A stretch of DNA of 62,694 nt, filler included. It is 4 parts of 4 records of this genome, joined end to end, with 100 filler letters (N's around TTAATTAATTAA, not from the genome) between each part and the next. Parts side by side here need not be neighbours in the genome. Positions count along the whole stretch, not along the records: positions 48,584 to 62,694 come from SRR20825006_1699; 3 more parts are not named here. One strand, written 5' to 3'. A program made the translations under genes and the position numbers. Below the pieces are notes generated by a model. It saw only the letters and a program-made list of their open reading frames with translations. It did not search any database and was not told where the DNA came from. Of this stretch, positions 59,660-62,694 are shown in pieces (positions within the stretch are counted from its first letter, which is position 1; the number at the start of each line of letters is the position of its first letter).

Positions 59660-60589
59660 TTAATCTTCTTTTTTCCATTCTTTCCACTCACAGACATTGC
59701 GAAAACCAGTCCAAGCGTTCGGCTGAGCTACGGTTGTTGTATCTGATTGAATAATTTGCTCTAGGAAATCTTTCCAACTTCCACCGACAGAAATAGCGTT
59801 CTCGCTTACCCATTCAGCAACATTTCCGCGCAAATAGTAAATCAAATCTCCTTTTTTGGGAGAGCACTTGAAATCTGTATATCTTGTGGCGTCCGTGTCC
59901 CAAATTCCAAATTCATTCTGATGAATATTGCACCAAATTAATCGCATTCCGTCTAAACAATCGCTGCATTTTTTCCTCTTGCATCGTTCATCGTAAGCTT
60001 TCTCTAATGAATCAGCATGACTTAGTATAATGGCTCTTTCTTTGAGGGTCGGAAGTCGGAATTCGGGATAAAAATAGAGTTCTTTATCAGGATTCAATTT
60101 CTTGATTTCTCCATTGAAAAAACGCTCAATTGAAAAATGATTGTCTCGTCGTTGAAGCGTGTCGTATTCAATGATTTCATATTTTACGAGCAGGTATTCA
60201 AACACTCTGTCGGAGCGCCATTTGGAGTAATCGATTGCTTGTTGCTGAGAAACTCCAACTAGTGGGAAGTCTCTATACGCGGGATGATACAAATAATAGT
60301 CGTCGTAAGTTGCTAAACTCGTATCTGTCAAAGCCCAAACAGAGTCTCTCAATAAGGCATTTTTATATTCGATGGAGTTCTTGCTATATGTTCTTTGAGT
60401 CCAAAATAAATACTCTTGCCAATTAAAATTGGTTATTTCAGATTGATCACAATAAAAGTAGTCCGAGATTCTGATGCCATTTGGAGGCGTTTCTTCATTT
60501 GCCCATTCATCTAGAGAAGTAGGAATCTTGGGATAACTTGCACACGATGCGATCAAAAAAACAACGACTGTAAATAGTAAAATGCGCAT
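59660..60589 (-). CDS. FGE/SUMF1-domain lipoprotein (GldJ/GldK-like)
   Basis: Lipobox IAS-C; EITN..W.EY, HPAYRDFP.VGVS, FRLPT, GNVAEWV, GFR.V. Confidence 0.8.
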   Translation of the reverse strand: MRILLFTVVVFLIASCASYPKIPTSLDEWANEETPPNGIRISDYFYCDQSEITNFNWQEYLFWTQRTYSKNSIEYKNALLRDSVWALTDTSLATYDDYYLYHPAYRDFPLVGVSQQQAIDYSKWRSDRVFEYLLVKYEIIEYDTLQRRDNHFSIERFFNGEIKKLNPDKELYFYPEFRLPTLKERAIILSHADSLEKAYDERCKRKKCSDCLDGMRLIWCNIHQNEFGIWDTDATRYTDFKCSPKKGDLIYYLRGNVAEWVSENAISVGGSWKDFLEQIIQSDTTTVAQPNAWTGFRNVCEWKEWKKED

Positions 60590-60642
60590 CAAACGTTTTT
60601 TAAGTGCTAATTTGTCGAAGCTTCAACTCAAGCCACAAAAGT

Positions 60643-60945
60643 TTATGAATTGCTTTCCAACTTCTTCAGAAAAGTTTTATCCAACCAAAAAGTTCCAAAT
60701 GGAAGAATAGAACAGATTAAGCAAATAATTGTCATTCGAGTGCCCCATTTTCGGTCGCTGTGCAATACCATCGTGTAAATCACAAATCCAATGAAGAGAA
60801 CTCCGTGGATCATACCAACGATTTTGTTTGGCGTTCCCATATCGAGAAGATATTTCATTGGAACGGTAATGGCAAGCATTAGGTAAGAGATTCCTTCGAG
60901 TATTGCAATCGATCTGTACTGTCCTAAAAGTGTGGAGAAATTCAT
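60643..60945 (-). CDS. DUF3817 membrane protein
   Basis: R.IA.LEG.SY, PMKY, GMIHG.LF, SILPFGTF. Confidence 0.85.
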   Translation of the reverse strand: MNFSTLLGQYRSIAILEGISYLMLAITVPMKYLLDMGTPNKIVGMIHGVLFIGFVIYTMVLHSDRKWGTRMTIICLICSILPFGTFWLDKTFLKKLESNS

Positions 60946-62694
60946 TTCTTTTCTTGTTGTTTTTGTAAAGCAAATAATTCGTCTCGGAGTCGCGCCGCTT
61001 CGATAAAATCGAGTTCTTTCGCCGCAGTTTCCATTTGCTTCTTCGTATATTTTATTGTTTTTTCTAGTTGATCTGGAGTCATATATTGAACCACAGGATC
61101 GGCCACCATGCCAAAATCTTGTGAAGGATCGTATTCACTTGAACCATCTCCGTCCGCAACTTGAGTAGAGTAGAGGACTTTTTGCTTCGATTTATTGAGT
61201 GCCGTTGGAACTAATCCGTGTTCGGTATTGTAATCTTCTTGAATTTTTCGTCGACGAGCAGTTTCATCAATGGTTTTTTGCATCGAAACGGTCATCTTAT
61301 CGGCATACATAATTACCATTCCGTTGACATTTCGCGCAGCACGACCAACAGTCTGCACCAGTGAACGCTCATTTCTTAAAAATCCTTCTTTGTCTGCATC
61401 GAGAATCGCAACCAGCGAAACTTCGGGTAAATCCAAACCTTCACGAAGTAAGTTTACACCAATCAATACATGAAAAACTCCCAATCGCAGCTGACGTAAA
61501 ATCTCTACACGTTCTATTGTATCGACATCTGAGTGAATGTAGCGACACAAAATCCCTAATTTATCGAGGTATTTCTGCAATTCCTCCGCCATTCGTTTGG
61601 TAAGCGTTGTTACCAACGTTCGCTCGTCTCGACTAATCCGGAGCTGGATTTCTTCGATTAAATTATCGATTTGATTTTTACTTCCACGCACTTCAATGAT
61701 CGGATCCAATAAACCTGTCGGACGAATCACTTGTTGAACTAAAATTCCTTCGGACATTTCTATTTCGAAATCTGCCGGAGTTGCCGAAACGTAAATGCGT
61801 TGACCAATCATTCCTTCAAATTCTTCAAACTTTAAAGGTCGGTTGTCCATCGCCGCCTGAATTCTAAATCCGTAATCCACCAAATTGATTTTTCGCGCTC
61901 TATCTCCACCGTACATTGCTCGCACTTGTGGAATGGTAACATGACTTTCATCAATCACCATTAAGAAATTATCGGGGAAGTAATCAATCAAGCAGAAAGG
62001 CCGTTGACCAGGTTCACGACGGTCAAAGTAACGAGAATAGTTCTCAATTCCAGAGCAATAACCCAGTTCACGAATCATTTCTAAATCGTACGTCGTTCGT
62101 TCCTTCAAACGATTTGCTTCTTCAATTTTTCCTTGCCGTTTAAAGTTTTCTACTTGTACAACCATGTCTTCGCCAATCTCTTCAATCGCCATCTTGGTCG
62201 TCTCAGGATTGGTAACAAAAATGTTCGCTGGATAAATCGAAATTTCATCGTGTTGTTCGAGAACATCATTCGTTTTGGGATCAATAGAAGAGATGCCTTC
62301 AATTTCATTTCCCCAAAATGCAATGCGAAGTGCGTGATCAGCATAAGCCAGATGAATATCAACGGTATCGCCCTTTACGCGGAATTTCCCACGCTCAAAG
62401 TCTTCGTTCGCCCGCGAGTAGAGGTTTTCAACAAGTTTGAAGAGAAACTTATTTCGAGCAATTACGTCGCCTTTTTTAATATGAATGATGCTGTTTGCGA
62501 ACTCTTGAGGATTTCCAATTCCATAAATACAGGAAACCGAAGCAACGACAATAACGTCTGTTCTTCCAGAGAGTAAAGAAGAAGTTGCAGAGAGTCGAAG
62601 CTTCTCAATTTCGTCGTTAATTGCTAAATCCTTTTCTATAAAAGTACCCGTAACAGGCAAATACGCCTCTGGCTGATAATAATCGTAGTAGGAT
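60942..62694 (-). CDS. uvrB: Excinuclease ABC subunit B; 5' end lies outside the window
   Basis: The frame continues upstream as SYYDYYQPEAY; DESH, DNRPL, SATP, NLLREGLD.PEV, DADKEGFLR, GRAARN; C-terminal UVR domain. Confidence 0.98.
   Translation of the reverse strand, partial: SYYDYYQPEAYLPVTGTFIEKDLAINDEIEKLRLSATSSLLSGRTDVIVVASVSCIYGIGNPQEFANSIIHIKKGDVIARNKFLFKLVENLYSRANEDFERGKFRVKGDTVDIHLAYADHALRIAFWGNEIEGISSIDPKTNDVLEQHDEISIYPANIFVTNPETTKMAIEEIGEDMVVQVENFKRQGKIEEANRLKERTTYDLEMIRELGYCSGIENYSRYFDRREPGQRPFCLIDYFPDNFLMVIDESHVTIPQVRAMYGGDRARKINLVDYGFRIQAAMDNRPLKFEEFEGMIGQRIYVSATPADFEIEMSEGILVQQVIRPTGLLDPIIEVRGSKNQIDNLIEEIQLRISRDERTLVTTLTKRMAEELQKYLDKLGILCRYIHSDVDTIERVEILRQLRLGVFHVLIGVNLLREGLDLPEVSLVAILDADKEGFLRNERSLVQTVGRAARNVNGMVIMYADKMTVSMQKTIDETARRRKIQEDYNTEHGLVPTALNKSKQKVLYSTQVADGDGSSEYDPSQDFGMVADPVVQYMTPDQLEKTIKYTKKQMETAAKELDFIEAARLRDELFALQKQQEKK

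Overview
The window is not one continuous locus. It holds four Bacteroidota (Flavobacteriales-like) contigs joined by artificial 100-nt N/TTAATTAATTAA/N linkers at 13251-13350, 22550-22649 and 48484-48583. Contig 1 (1-13250, visibly more AT-rich, possibly another organism) carries a PAS sensor (partial), a papain-fold peptidase, two DEAD-box helicases, dps, a cysQ remnant, and the start of a polysaccharide locus with sulfate-activation genes (wecB-wecC-cysQ-DUF2061-cysC-cysD). Contig 2 carries nucleotide-sugar genes (wbpE-like, ugd, uxs, wbpD-like, wbpB-like), waaA and oxyR-dps-ahpC-arsC. Contig 3 carries collagen-like and T9SS proteins, small hypotheticals, panB, rplS and the main candidate for an undescribed system (28915-46230). 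That cluster joins three cobalamin-dependent radical SAM enzymes, a twitch/SPASM radical SAM enzyme, a wHTH-Pol-beta nucleotidyltransferase and two methyltransferases to GT4, Wzz, Wzy/WaaL, SGNH, CE4 deacetylase and GNAT genes. Contig 4 carries tRNA-Leu(GAG), a six-repeat secreted protein, NatAB-like ABC genes, TfoX, a GT-C, a CxxCH lipoprotein, an S1/P1 nuclease, comB-like, a T9SS PKD protein and uvrB (partial). All functional calls come from motif recognition by eye; no searches were run.
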